Positions 1-9,512 of a stretch of 64,000 nucleotides of DNA are shown here, piece by piece. A model generated the notes under the pieces. It was not told the DNA's origin and ran no database searches. It saw only the letters and a list, made by a program, of their open reading frames with translations. Every line of letters starts with the position of its first letter. The stretch's first letter is position 1. Position numbers and translations under genes: made by a program. The DNA is from an uncultured Gemmatimonadales bacterium (lineage in GTDB: Bacteria > Gemmatimonadota > Gemmatimonadetes > Longimicrobiales > Longimicrobiaceae), in the NCBI GenBank assembly GCA_963716255.1, contig OY970303.1, forward strand, positions 1,856,001 through 1,920,000. Direction: 5' to 3'.

Positions 1-401
1 ACCGCCTCCAGCCGCACCTTCAGCGGGCGGGCGTGCGCGCAGCCCAGTCGGTGCGCGACGGCGACCGGGAGCGTCTCCACCCGGGAGTCCACCACCTCGC
101 TCACCCTCCAGCGCAGCAGCTCCCGCAGCTCGAGCACCCGGTCGGGTCCCAGCTCCACCACGGCCACCACCGGGTTCATGGGGAAGCGCTCGACCAGCTC
201 GCGCACCCGGCCGTCCAGCCCGCCGCCGGGCGCGTCCGCGTCCACCATCGCGAAGGTGGACGCGGACGCGGTGCGCAGACGTGCGTGCAGGTCGTCCCAC
301 CCATCCACGCGGTGAATGGAATAGGGCGCGGGGAGTGCGCGTACGAAATCGAGGCGCGGCGAGGAAGGAACCAGGACGATACGAACCTCGGCGCGCCTCA
401 T
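1..401 (-). CDS. Partial CDS running off the window edge; N-terminal part of a probable transcriptional regulator (receiver-like region)
   Basis: Manual translation from ATG 401: MRRAEVRIVLVPSSPRLDFVRALPAPYSIHRVDGWDDLHARL...VRELVERFPMNPVVAVVEL...HARPLKVRLEA; open to position 1 with GC3-rich codons; not in the ORF track because it is truncated; function is a guess. Confidence 0.55.
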   Translation of the reverse strand, partial: MRRAEVRIVLVPSSPRLDFVRALPAPYSIHRVDGWDDLHARLRTASASTFAMVDADAPGGGLDGRVRELVERFPMNPVVAVVELGPDRVLELRELLRWRVSEVVDSRVETLPVAVAHRLGCAHARPLKVRLEA

Positions 402-1140
402 GGCCGGGAGATACGTCCGTCAGGCGATCGTTTCATGTCGTGTACCTGTTTGGCAATGACTTCGGCGTGGAGTGTTCACGCGAACGACTCCCTGCTTTGT
501 CTCCGGCGGGGTCCATATCCCACGTCGAGGCCGCCTCGTCCGGCCTGCACCCTGGCTTCCGGGCGACGGCCGGGCATGGAAAACCGGGAGATCGGCGCTC
601 GCGATCCCTTGCCGGCGGACACAAGTCGCCGGCTCCCAGTGGAGATTTCACACCATGAACTCATGAAATAGATACCGGGGTCGATCCAGGATCGGCATGC
701 AGTACGGCCCGGGCCCGGCGATCGGATTCTGCGGGGCTCCACCACCCCGCGCTCCACCCGATCGGTCCGGCGCCCTGCCGGCGCCGCATGCGCTCACCGC
801 ATCGCCAGGCGCCCGGACCGGCGAACCGCCGCTCCGCGCGGACCCTGCCCCGGCGGCCCGGGGAACGCGAGCAGCGGAGCCGTGGAGATGCGGAAGCGCT
901 TCCCGGGCCCGCCGACGCTCCATCCTGTCCCGGCGCTTCGGGGCATAGAATGTCCACGGACCTCGCGCCAGGCCTACAGGCCTATAGTAAGCGGGGTCAT
1001 GCGGCCAGTCTACAGCACGAAACGATCGTCCCCTGCCCCGGCGAGTGGAAGCTGGCGCGAAGCGGCGCCGCGCGGTTACTTGCTACTCGGCCCGCGCGCC
1101 GCGCCGCGCACCCCTTGCCCCAGCCCCGGAGCCGCCCCGT

Positions 1141-1746
1141 ATGGACCTGGACCCCAGCGAGCCGCCGCGCCCCGCGGACGTGTCCCTCCCCGACCGCCGG
1201 GCGCGCCGCGACATGGCCGACAGCCACATGGAGGCGGTCAAGGCCCGCTACAACGCGGGCCGCACCCGCATGGAGCGCCTTGCCGACGCCATGACCGGCG
1301 TGGCCGCCTCCACCCCGTTCCTGCTCCTCCACGCCGCCTGGTTCGCGGGGTGGATCGCGTGGAACGTGGGCATGTTCGGCCTGCGCCCGTTCGACCCCTT
1401 CCCCTTCGGCCTGCTCACCATGGTGGTGTCGCTGGAGGCCATCTTCCTGTCCCTGTTCGTGCTCATCACCCAGAACCGGGAATCGGCAATCGCCGAGCTA
1501 CGCGAGGAGGTGACGCTTGCCGTGGAGCTGAACACCGAGGCCGAGACCACCAAGGTCCTCCAGCTGGTGCTCGGGCTGTACTCGCGGCTGGGCTTCCCCA
1601 TCGGCAGGGACGAGGAGCTGTGGAGGATGCTGGAGCCGCTGGACCAGGCGCGGATCGAGCGCGAGCTGAACGAGCAGATCCACGGCTCGGCGAGGAAGCA
1701 CCACGGCGGCGCCCGCCCGGGCAGGGAGCGCCCCCCGCCGCCCTGA
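1141..1746 (+). CDS. DUF1003 domain membrane protein
   Basis: FDPFPFGLLTMVVSLEAIFLSLFVLITQNR signature; start chosen at ATG 1141 (ORF open from 1045). Confidence 0.85.
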   Translation: MDLDPSEPPRPADVSLPDRRARRDMADSHMEAVKARYNAGRTRMERLADAMTGVAASTPFLLLHAAWFAGWIAWNVGMFGLRPFDPFPFGLLTMVVSLEAIFLSLFVLITQNRESAIAELREEVTLAVELNTEAETTKVLQLVLGLYSRLGFPIGRDEELWRMLEPLDQARIERELNEQIHGSARKHHGGARPGRERPPPP

Positions 1747-1892
1747 CCGCGCCGTCCGGAGAGCCCCATTTCCGGCCGCGGCAACAGGTTACACAAAGCT
1801 TTTCCAGCCTTGCCGCGGCACGCGTCCTGCCTTTTGCGCCGCTGCCCCGGAGGGTCCGGGGAACGCGGACATCCACCAGCGACGGGTGACGC

Positions 1893-2663
1893 ATGACCAG
1901 CGGATCGACCGGTGTTCCCGGGGAAGTGCGGCAGCGGGGCGGGAGCGGCGCCGGACGGGCCATGGAACACCGGGCGGGCGGAGCCGCGCGGCGTCTCCAC
2001 GACAACGGCCTGGCCCTGGTCGCGGCGCTCCTCTTCGCGGTGTCGATGGTGGGACAGGCCGTGGCCGGGTACGGGGCGTACAACGCCGAGGAGCGCGACC
2101 ACGGCCAGCCGGAGGCCGGCTTCGCGGCGTACCTCGCGACGCCGCACTTCGCCGAAGCGACCTTCGAGAACTGGGAGTCGGAGTTCCTGCAGATGGGGAT
2201 GTACGTGCTCCTCACCGCCTTCCTGGTGCAGCGGGGCTCCGCGGAGTCCAAGAAGCCGGAGGACGAGCGGGACGCCGGCGGCGAGGAGATCGACGAGGAC
2301 CCGCGGCTGCACCGCGGAGACCCGGACGCGCCCTGGCCGGTGCGGCGGGGTGGGTGGGTGCTGAAGCTCTACGAGAACTCGCTGGGGATGGCCTTCATGC
2401 TCCTGTTCGCCGCCAGCTTCCTGGGACACGCGGCGAGCGGTGCCGCGGAGTTCAGCGCGGAGCAGGCCGAGCACGGCGGGGCGGCGGTCTCCATGCTCCA
2501 GTACCTGGGCGAGCCGCGCTTCTGGTTCGAGTCGTTCCAGAACTGGCAGAGCGAGTTCCTGTCGGTGGTCGCCATCGTCGTGCTTTCCATCTTCCTCCGC
2601 CAGAAGGGCTCGCCCGAGTCCAAGCCGGTGCACCGGCCCCACCGCGAGACGGGCGCCGACTAG
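1893..2663 (+). CDS. DUF6766-family membrane protein
   Basis: Internally duplicated motifs FENWESEFLQM...QRGSAESK and FQNWQSEFL...QKGSPESKPV; start could be ATG 1962. Confidence 0.8.
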   Translation: MTSGSTGVPGEVRQRGGSGAGRAMEHRAGGAARRLHDNGLALVAALLFAVSMVGQAVAGYGAYNAEERDHGQPEAGFAAYLATPHFAEATFENWESEFLQMGMYVLLTAFLVQRGSAESKKPEDERDAGGEEIDEDPRLHRGDPDAPWPVRRGGWVLKLYENSLGMAFMLLFAASFLGHAASGAAEFSAEQAEHGGAAVSMLQYLGEPRFWFESFQNWQSEFLSVVAIVVLSIFLRQKGSPESKPVHRPHRETGAD

Positions 2664-2718
2664 AAGGCGGCTCCCGGTACCGCGAAGCCCGCGGGCGGAC
2701 TGCCCGCGCGGGCGACGC

Positions 2719-4179
2719 TCACCCGGTGGGGCCCGCCAGCGCCGCGCCGCCTTCCGGGGCGCGCTCCAGGCTGAGCAGCACCACCGTCTCGGAGATGCTG
2801 CGCGCCGTGTCCAGCGTCAGGCTGGGCAGCGGGGCGCCGGCCGCCAAGGCGGGCCACGACATGGCCGGCTGCGCGCCGGCGGTCGCCACCATCAGCGGCT
2901 TGCCCTGCGCCCGGGCCAGCGGCCGGAGCCCCGCGGCGTGGAAGGGCGTGGTGACCACCAGGTCCGCCCCCTCCACCGCCGCCGCGAGCCCACCCTCGCG
3001 CCCCCCGGGAGCGTCGTCGGGCGCCACCGCCACGCACTCGAACCCGAACGCGCCCGCCAGCTCCGCCGACAGGGCGGCGCGGCGCTCCGGGTCCGCCTCC
3101 ACGCACGCGCAGCGCAGCGGCGCGGCGGCCGTCCAGCGCCGCACCACCTCGGGAAGCGCGGGGATCCCGATCCGCCGCCGCCACGCTTCGGTGAGCATCT
3201 CCGCCGCCCAGGTCTCCGTCTCGCCGGCGGGGCGGCGGTCCGTCCAGCCCAGCGCCGCCACGTACACGCCGGAGCGGTCGCGAACCTCCAGCATCCCCTC
3301 CTTCTGGAGCGCCCGGTACGCCCGCGCCACGGTCTTGTGGTTCAGGGCGGTGGCGCGGGACACCTCGCGGATCCCGGGAATGCGGTCGCCGGGCCGCAGG
3401 AGCCCCAGGTACAGCGCGAGCGACAGCGACCCGCGGAAGAGGCCGGCGAGCCGCTCCGCCGAGGCGCGGGAGGCCGGGTTCGCCGTCCGCCCCGCCTCGT
3501 CCAGCAGCGCCTCGCACCAGGCGGGATCCGCCATGCGGTGAAGCGCCTGCTCGGCCCCCATGGCCGGCGGCTCCGGGGCGGCCGCTTCCGGCAGCGGAGC
3601 CTCCGGCCCGGGGCGGGCGGCGGCCTCGCGCAGGATCCAGCGCAGCTCGGCGACGCCGTCGCTCTCGCGCGCGGCGGACACCGACGCTTCCAGCCGCAGC
3701 GTGGCCCCGGCGCGGCTCACCAGACGCAGCTGCCAGCCGGCGACCTTTCCCGTCTCGCGAACCCAGGCGAGCTGCCGCCGGAACCCCATGCGGTCCTCCT
3801 CGTGGACGAACACGGCGAGCGGCTTCCCGGCCAGGTACTCCGTCCGCGCCCCCAGCAGGGTGGCGGCGGCCTGGTTGACCTCGCGGATCACCCCCTCCGC
3901 GTCGGTCGCCAGGTACGCGTCCGGCGCCTGCCGGAACAGGTCGCGGTAGCGGCGCAGCTCGGCCTCCAGGTCGGAGCGGGACTCGGCGAGGGTGTCCGCC
4001 TGGCTGCGCAGCTCCTCCTCGCTCACCCGCAGCTCCTCCAGCGTGGAGGCCAGGTGGATCAGCGACTCCTGCACGATGGGCCGCCCCACGTCCGTGACCG
4101 ACCGCGCGCGGACCGCCAGGTCGTCCAGGCGGGTGGAGGTGGCCGCGATGTACCGGGTGATGTTGCCGAGGGTCTTCAT
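2719..4179 (-). CDS. PAS domain plus GntR-family winged-helix transcriptional regulator
   Basis: Coiled coil (LEELRVSEEELRSQ), PAS (YRDLFRQAPDAYLATDAEGVIREVNQAAATLLG), GntR HTH (LRPGDRIPGIREVSRATALNHKTVARAYRALQKEGMLEVRDRSGVYV); start at ATG 4179 (MKTLG). Confidence 0.8.
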   Translation of the reverse strand: MKTLGNITRYIAATSTRLDDLAVRARSVTDVGRPIVQESLIHLASTLEELRVSEEELRSQADTLAESRSDLEAELRRYRDLFRQAPDAYLATDAEGVIREVNQAAATLLGARTEYLAGKPLAVFVHEEDRMGFRRQLAWVRETGKVAGWQLRLVSRAGATLRLEASVSAARESDGVAELRWILREAAARPGPEAPLPEAAAPEPPAMGAEQALHRMADPAWCEALLDEAGRTANPASRASAERLAGLFRGSLSLALYLGLLRPGDRIPGIREVSRATALNHKTVARAYRALQKEGMLEVRDRSGVYVAALGWTDRRPAGETETWAAEMLTEAWRRRIGIPALPEVVRRWTAAAPLRCACVEADPERRAALSAELAGAFGFECVAVAPDDAPGGREGGLAAAVEGADLVVTTPFHAAGLRPLARAQGKPLMVATAGAQPAMSWPALAAGAPLPSLTLDTARSISETVVLLSLERAPEGGAALAGPTG

Positions 4180-4553
4180 GGGTCCTGCTTGTACTGGTGT
4201 CGTCGGCCCGGTGCAGGCGACGCGGTCGTGCAGGAGGGATCGGGGTCCTGTCCGGCCGCGGCGCTCCGGGGCCGGTCCGCCGCGGGAAAGGACGCCCGGG
4301 CGGACCAAAAGTTCCCGTTTCTTCTAGCAAGTCACGGACCATGTATGCGAGGCGTCGGCGGTGGGATCAGATTCTCCGAGACTTCTTTACTGCGCCAGAT
4401 CGAGTGCGCACCATGCGTGCGCCACGGCCCCTTCCACCCTCGGCTCAAGGGACGCGGAGGCCGCGGCAGCCGGATATAAACAAATGAATCAACGCAATGG
4501 TGAACACCCGCCTGGCGGCGGAGACCGTGCTGGCGAACGCGCTCTTCCGTTCT

Positions 4554-4686
4554 GGGCGTGCCCCCGGCTGGCGCCGGGGTCGGGCTTCGGCTCCGTAAGC
4601 GAGCAAACAACGCTCGCAAACGGAGTCGAGCCCCGGCGGAAACAGCCCCGCCGGGTCTCGCCCCTTCGGGCCGAAATCCCTCACGC
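4554..4686 (+). repeat. Structured repeat family A, copy 1
   Basis: GGGCGTGCCCCCGG...GAAATCCCTCACGC; near-identical to six other copies. Confidence 0.95.
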
Positions 4687-4717
4687 GGGGTGGGCGCTGG
4701 CGTCCGCGAGGGCGGGT

Positions 4718-4855
4718 CCCCTCACCCTCCGGCCCCCTCTCCCCCGCAAGCGGGGGAAAGGGGGAGCACGACACGTCGCATCCCGAGGGGCGGGAAGCCC
4801 TCCCCCAGAATTGGGAGAGGGTAGCGAGCCTCAAGCGAGCCGGGTGAGGGCCGCC
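4718..4855 (+). repeat. Palindromic modules B1 (CCCTCACC...CCCCCGCAAGCGGGGG) and B2 (CCCTCCCCC..GGGAGAGGG...GCGAGCCTCAAGCGAGCCGGGTGAGGG) appended to A1
   Basis: B1 recurs at 31729-31776; B2 recurs at 14453-14542 and on the reverse strand at 62338-62392. Confidence 0.85.
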
Positions 4856-4882
4856 TGGGGGCCGCTAGGTGAGTCCCCAGCC

Positions 4883-4919
4883 AAAAGCGGAGGCCCGGAC
4901 CAACGGGTCCGGGCCTCCG
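4883..4919 (-). terminator. Intrinsic terminator after the cold-shock gene
   Basis: Stem CGGAGGCCCGGACC/GGTCCGGGCCTCCG with a U-tract on the minus strand. Confidence 0.8.
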
Positions 4920-4942
4920 ATCACATCAGCCAGCAGGTTTTG

Positions 4943-5338
4943 TTACCAGCGGTCGTTGTAGCCGCCGCGGTCGCCGCCGCCACGGCCGCCACCGCCCCCG
5001 CCACCACCACCGTAGCCGCCGCCACGGCCGCCGCCACCGCCGCCGTAGCCGCCACCACCGCCGCGGCTGCCGCCGCCGCCACGACCGCCACCGCCGCCGT
5101 AGCCACCCTCGGAGCCGCCCGCGGGGGCGTCCAGACGGGTGACGTTCTCCGCGGCCGGGCCCTTCTGGCCCTGCACCACGTCGAACTCGACGCGCTCGCC
5201 GTCGTTCAGGGTCTTGAACCCGCCGCCCTGGATGGCGCTGTGGTGAACGAAGACGTCCTTCTCCCCGTTCTCACGCGTGATGAACCCGAAGCCCTTCTCC
5301 GGGTTGAACCACTTGACCGTCCCCGTTTCCCTCGCCAT
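4943..5338 (-). CDS. Cold-shock domain protein with long Gly/Arg/Tyr-rich tail
   Basis: [15 protein letters not shown] and DVFVHHSAI (RNP1/RNP2); C-terminal [12 protein letters not shown] repeats. Confidence 0.95.
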   Translation of the reverse strand: MARETGTVKWFNPEKGFGFITRENGEKDVFVHHSAIQGGGFKTLNDGERVEFDVVQGQKGPAAENVTRLDAPAGGSEGGYGGGGGRGGGGSRGGGGGYGGGGGGRGGGYGGGGGGGGGRGGGDRGGYNDRW

Positions 5339-5643
5339 GTCTTCCCACCTGCTGTGACGTGTTGAATGTGACAACCGCTCGACCACAAGTTACGACTCTT
5401 CTAAACCCGTGCCAAGGTTTTTGGGAAAGATGTTCGTAACGCGTGCACCGCGTCCACCGCGCCGGCGCCCCGCACGACACCCCAAAACCCAGCATCCACG
5501 CGCGCTTACGCCGGCAATGCACGCTGTCCCCGCGGGGCGGAGCGGACGGCGAACGGAGCGGGAACCCGTGCGTGTACCCGCCTCCGCGGCCCGCGACTGC
5601 TACGATTTCCGTCGCACCGGCGCCCCGGTGTTGCACTGCTCCC

Positions 5644-7077
5644 TCACACCAGCCACCGCACCGCCAGGTCCGCCACCCGCCGCGCCACCCCGCCGGAGAA
5701 CTTCGCGCGCAGGTACGCGTCCGAGGCGCGGCGGATGGACTCGGGGTAGGTGGGGTACACGTGGATCATCCCCGACAGGTCCGAGAGCTTGAGCCGGTGG
5801 CGCACGGCCAGGGTCGCCTCGTGGATGGTTTCCCCCGCGCGCGGCCCCACGATGTGCGCGCCCACCAGCCGCCCCCCGGGGTCCGTCACCAGCTTGGTGA
5901 GCCCCTCCGGCTCGCCGTCGCACACGGCGCGGTCCAGCGAGTCGTGCGCGTAGCGGAACACCCCCGCCGCCCCGCCCCAGCGCTCGCGCGCCTCCGCCTC
6001 CGTGAGCCCCACCCGCGCCACCTCCGGCTCGGTGTACGTGCACCAGGGCACCACCCGGTAGTCGGTCTTGCGGCCCACGGGGAAGAGCGCGTTGGGCGCC
6101 GCGAGCCGCCCGTGGTAGTCGGCGACGTGGGTGAAGCGGTACGGCCCCACCACGTCGCCCGCGGCCCAGGCGTTCGCCGCGGAGGTGCGCAGCTTCGCGT
6201 CCACGCGGATCCCCTCCGGGCCCGCCTCCACCCCCAGCACCTCCAGCCCCATCCCCTCCACGTTGGCCCTGCGGCCGGTGGCGACGAACACGGTCTCGGC
6301 GCGCAGCTCCTCCGGCGGCGCGCTCCCGGCGCGCAGCGTCGCCACCCGCTCCCCGCCCTCGGCCCGCACCGCCTCCGCCCGCGTCCCCAGCCGCACCGCC
6401 ACCCCCTCGCGCACCAGCGCGCGCCGCAGCACCTCCGCCACCTCCGGGTCCTCCCGCCCCAGCACCTGCGCACCGGCGTCCACCAGCGTCACCCGGCTCC
6501 CCAGCCGTGCAAAAGTCTGCGCCATCTCCACCCCGATGGGGCCCGCGCCCAGCACCAGCATGCTGGCCGGAAGACGCTCCATCTCCCACACGTCCTCGTG
6601 CGTGCGGAAGCCGGCCTCCTCCAGCCCGGGGATGGGAGGCACCGCCGTACGCGAGCCGGTCGCCAGCACCCAGCGCTTTGCCCGCACCCGCCGGCCGTCC
6701 ACCTCCGCCTCCTCCGGGCCGACGAAACGCGCCTGCCCCTGCACCACGTCCACGCCCATGCCGCGGAAGCGCTCCGGCGAGTCGTGCGGCTCGATGGCGG
6801 CGATGGTCCGGCGCACCCGCGCCATGACCGCGGCGAAGTCCGCCTTCGCCTCCGCCTCGCCCGCGCGGATCCCGAACTCCGCCGCCCGCCGGATCGTCGC
6901 CAGCGCCGCCGCCGAGCGGATGATCGCCTTGGAGGGGACGCACCCCGTCCACAGGCACTCCCCGCCCAGCCGGTGGCGCTCCACCAGCGCCGTGCGCGCC
7001 CCGATCCCCGCCGACACCGCGGCCGTCACCAGCCCCGCCGTCCCCCCGCCGATCACCGCCAGGTCGAACCGTTCCAC
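5644..7077 (-). CDS. Class I pyridine nucleotide-disulfide oxidoreductase (dihydrolipoamide dehydrogenase/MerA-like)
   Basis: GGGTAG FAD motif, GGECLWTGCVPSK redox disulfide, GAGPIG NAD motif, HVYPT; GTG start after GGAGG. Confidence 0.9.
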   Translation of the reverse strand: MERFDLAVIGGGTAGLVTAAVSAGIGARTALVERHRLGGECLWTGCVPSKAIIRSAAALATIRRAAEFGIRAGEAEAKADFAAVMARVRRTIAAIEPHDSPERFRGMGVDVVQGQARFVGPEEAEVDGRRVRAKRWVLATGSRTAVPPIPGLEEAGFRTHEDVWEMERLPASMLVLGAGPIGVEMAQTFARLGSRVTLVDAGAQVLGREDPEVAEVLRRALVREGVAVRLGTRAEAVRAEGGERVATLRAGSAPPEELRAETVFVATGRRANVEGMGLEVLGVEAGPEGIRVDAKLRTSAANAWAAGDVVGPYRFTHVADYHGRLAAPNALFPVGRKTDYRVVPWCTYTEPEVARVGLTEAEARERWGGAAGVFRYAHDSLDRAVCDGEPEGLTKLVTDPGGRLVGAHIVGPRAGETIHEATLAVRHRLKLSDLSGMIHVYPTYPESIRRASDAYLRAKFSGGVARRVADLAVRWLV

Positions 7078-7253
7078 GCCGCACCTCCGCGCACGGGACA
7101 CCGCCCACCGCCGGACCAGGATCCGGAACCCTTTTCCATGCAGGCGTTTACAAGACCGCCGTAGCGTCCGCCCCCCGGCGGCGCGTATCTATATTGTACG
7201 CGCCCCCCGGGCGCACCCGACAGCAGCGAGCCCCCGGACCCGGAGCCCAAGCA

Positions 7254-9512
7254 GTGAAGCTCAACCTGAACGCCGCCGCCTGGCGCGAGCGCGCCCGCGG
7301 CGCGTGGCCGCGCCTGAAGAGCGCCTGGCGCGACCGGCAGGAGCGCAAGGTCCTCATCGCCTTCAGCGCCCTGGGCCTGGCCTCGTGCGGCACCGGCGCC
7401 GTGACCGCGGCGTGGACGCGGGCGTGCGTGGGCACCTGCCCCACGGCGGAGCAGATCGCCGACTTCGCCCCGCAGCAGGCCAGCCAGGTGCTGGACGCGC
7501 AGGGCGGGCTCCTGGGGACCTTCTACCGCGAGCGCCGCACCGTGGTCCCGCTGCGCACCCTGCCGCGCTACGTCCCCATGGCCTTCGTGGCGGTGGAGGA
7601 CCAGCGCTTCTTCGAGCACGAGGGGGTGGACCCCATCCGCATGATCGGCGCCGTGCGCGACAACATCATCAAGGGGTGGGGCGGCCCGGGGGGGAGCACC
7701 ATCACCATGCAGCTCGCCCGCAACCTGTTCCCGCAGCAGCTCCCCGCGGGCGAGAAGACGGTCCGCCGCAAGGTCGCCGAGATCAAGCTGGCGCTGGACA
7801 TGGAGGGGTCGTACTCCAAGGAGCGCATCCTGGAGATGTACCTCAACACCATCTACCTGGGCGCCGGTGCGTACGGCATCGAGGCCGCGTCGCGCACCTA
7901 CTTCGGCAAGCCCGCCTCGCGGCTCACCTACGTGGAGGCGGCCACCCTCGCCGCCCTCCCCAAGGCGCCCTCGTACTACAACCCGCGCCGCAACCCCGAG
8001 CCCGCCCGCGGCCGCCGCAACCTGGTGCTCGACTTCATGGCCGAGACCGGGGTGGTCACCGCCGCGCAGGCCGAGGCCGGCAAGCGCCAGCCGCTGGTGC
8101 TGGCGCCCCCCAGCGGCGCCATCCGCGCCCCGTACTTCGTGGAGCGCGTGCGCGACCAGCTGGAAGACAAGTTCGGCGAGCTGCTGTACACCGGCGGGCT
8201 GCGCATCCACACCGGCATAGACCCCCGCCTGCAGACCGCCGCCGAGCAGTCGCTGGAGCAGCACCTGGAAGAGATCGAGAACGGCAAGTTCGGCCCCTTC
8301 CCCCACCCCACCTACCAGAAGTTCACCGCCGCCCTGGCGGAGGACGAGGAGGTCACCCACACCCCGTACCTGCAGGGGCTGGTGGTGGTGATGGACCCGG
8401 CCACCGGCGCGATCCGCGCCATGGTGGGCGGGCGCGACTTCTCGCAGTCGCAGTTCAACCGCGCCACCCAGGCGCTGCGGCAGCCGGGCTCCGCCTTCAA
8501 GCCGTTCGTGTACGCCGCCGCGCTGGAAAAGGGGCGCTCTCCCCTGTACTCCGTATCGGACGGGCCCTTCTCGCTCACGATGGGGGACGGGTCGGTGTGG
8601 TCGCCCAAGAACTACGACGGCAAGTACGGCGGCTACACCACGCTCCGCGCCGGGCTGCGCAATTCCAAGAACATGGTCGCCATCCGCCTGGGGCGCGAGG
8701 TGGGGATCGAAGCGGTCCGCGACGTGGCAAAGCGCACCGGCATCCGCACCCGCATTCCCGGCTACCCGTCGGCCTACATCGGCTCCGTGGGGCTGTACCC
8801 GCTGGACCTGATCTCCGCCTACGCGCCCTTCGCCAACGGCGGCTTCCGGGTGGAGCCCCAGTACGTGCTGCGGGTGGAGGACAACCGGGGCCGGCTGCTC
8901 TGGGAGCCGCCGCAGTACCCCCGGCGCGCCATGGACCCCGCCGTGTCGTGGATCCTCACCGACATGCTGCGCGAGGTGGTGGACCGCGGCACCGGGTGGA
9001 ACGCCCGCAACCCGGACGAGGGGAACCTGTCCTACGACATCCCCGCGGCGGGGAAGACCGGCACCACCAACGAGTCCACCGACGTGTGGTTCGTGGGGTA
9101 CACCCCGGACCTGGTGGCCGGCGTGTGGGTGGGGCTGGACAACCCGCGCACCATCATCCACGGGGCCACCGGCGGGGCCATCGCGGTGCCGGTGTGGGCC
9201 CGGGTTATGCGTACTGCGTACGAGGGAAAGAAGCCGCCGGCCGAGTGGCCGCGCCCCCCGGGGGTGGTGAGCCGCAAGGTCAGCGGGGGCCGCGTCATCA
9301 CCGACGACTGCCCGTGGGGCGGCGGGTACACCGACTACTTCGCGGCCCGCTTCGCCCCCGAGGCGACCTGCGAGGCGCCCCGCGCGCTCCCGGACGTCAT
9401 GGTGGACCCGACGCCGCACCTCCCCGGCCGCCCGGTGTTCCCCGGCCAGCCGCGGGTGCCGCGCCCGGAAGACATCGTCACCACCCCGAAGCCACAGGAA
9501 CGAAGCGACTGA
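7254..9512 (+). CDS. Class A penicillin-binding protein (PBP1A family), copy 1
   Basis: Glycosyltransferase motifs EDQRFFEHEG and GGSTITMQLARN; transpeptidase motifs SAFK, SKN, KTG; start approximate (GTG 7254). Confidence 0.92.
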   Translation: MKLNLNAAAWRERARGAWPRLKSAWRDRQERKVLIAFSALGLASCGTGAVTAAWTRACVGTCPTAEQIADFAPQQASQVLDAQGGLLGTFYRERRTVVPLRTLPRYVPMAFVAVEDQRFFEHEGVDPIRMIGAVRDNIIKGWGGPGGSTITMQLARNLFPQQLPAGEKTVRRKVAEIKLALDMEGSYSKERILEMYLNTIYLGAGAYGIEAASRTYFGKPASRLTYVEAATLAALPKAPSYYNPRRNPEPARGRRNLVLDFMAETGVVTAAQAEAGKRQPLVLAPPSGAIRAPYFVERVRDQLEDKFGELLYTGGLRIHTGIDPRLQTAAEQSLEQHLEEIENGKFGPFPHPTYQKFTAALAEDEEVTHTPYLQGLVVVMDPATGAIRAMVGGRDFSQSQFNRATQALRQPGSAFKPFVYAAALEKGRSPLYSVSDGPFSLTMGDGSVWSPKNYDGKYGGYTTLRAGLRNSKNMVAIRLGREVGIEAVRDVAKRTGIRTRIPGYPSAYIGSVGLYPLDLISAYAPFANGGFRVEPQYVLRVEDNRGRLLWEPPQYPRRAMDPAVSWILTDMLREVVDRGTGWNARNPDEGNLSYDIPAAGKTGTTNESTDVWFVGYTPDLVAGVWVGLDNPRTIIHGATGGAIAVPVWARVMRTAYEGKKPPAEWPRPPGVVSRKVSGGRVITDDCPWGGGYTDYFAARFAPEATCEAPRALPDVMVDPTPHLPGRPVFPGQPRVPRPEDIVTTPKPQERSD

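Noticed and set aside
4554..4686. tRNA, hammerhead ribozyme or IS ends as the identity of family A
   Set aside because: No T-loop, anticodon arm or CCA; no CUGANGA core; only 5-bp terminal pairing, no target duplication and no transposase
4332..4834. Recurrent peptides such as [10 protein letters not shown] and [14 protein letters not shown] in several ORFs
   Set aside because: These are translations of repeat family A in different frames; the variation follows base pairing, not codons
5399..5415. sigma54 promoter upstream of the cold-shock gene (TGGCACG on the minus strand)
   Set aside because: The -12 element reads TAGA rather than TTGC
5644..7077. Mercuric reductase merA
   Set aside because: No C-terminal Cys-Cys pair, no N-terminal metal-binding domain and no mer genes nearby
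6131..9511. 1971-aa ORF 6131-12046
   Set aside because: Only the part from ATG 9512 is PBP-like; the rest is a stop-free shadow frame over the oxidoreductase and the first PBP, as expected in high-GC DNA
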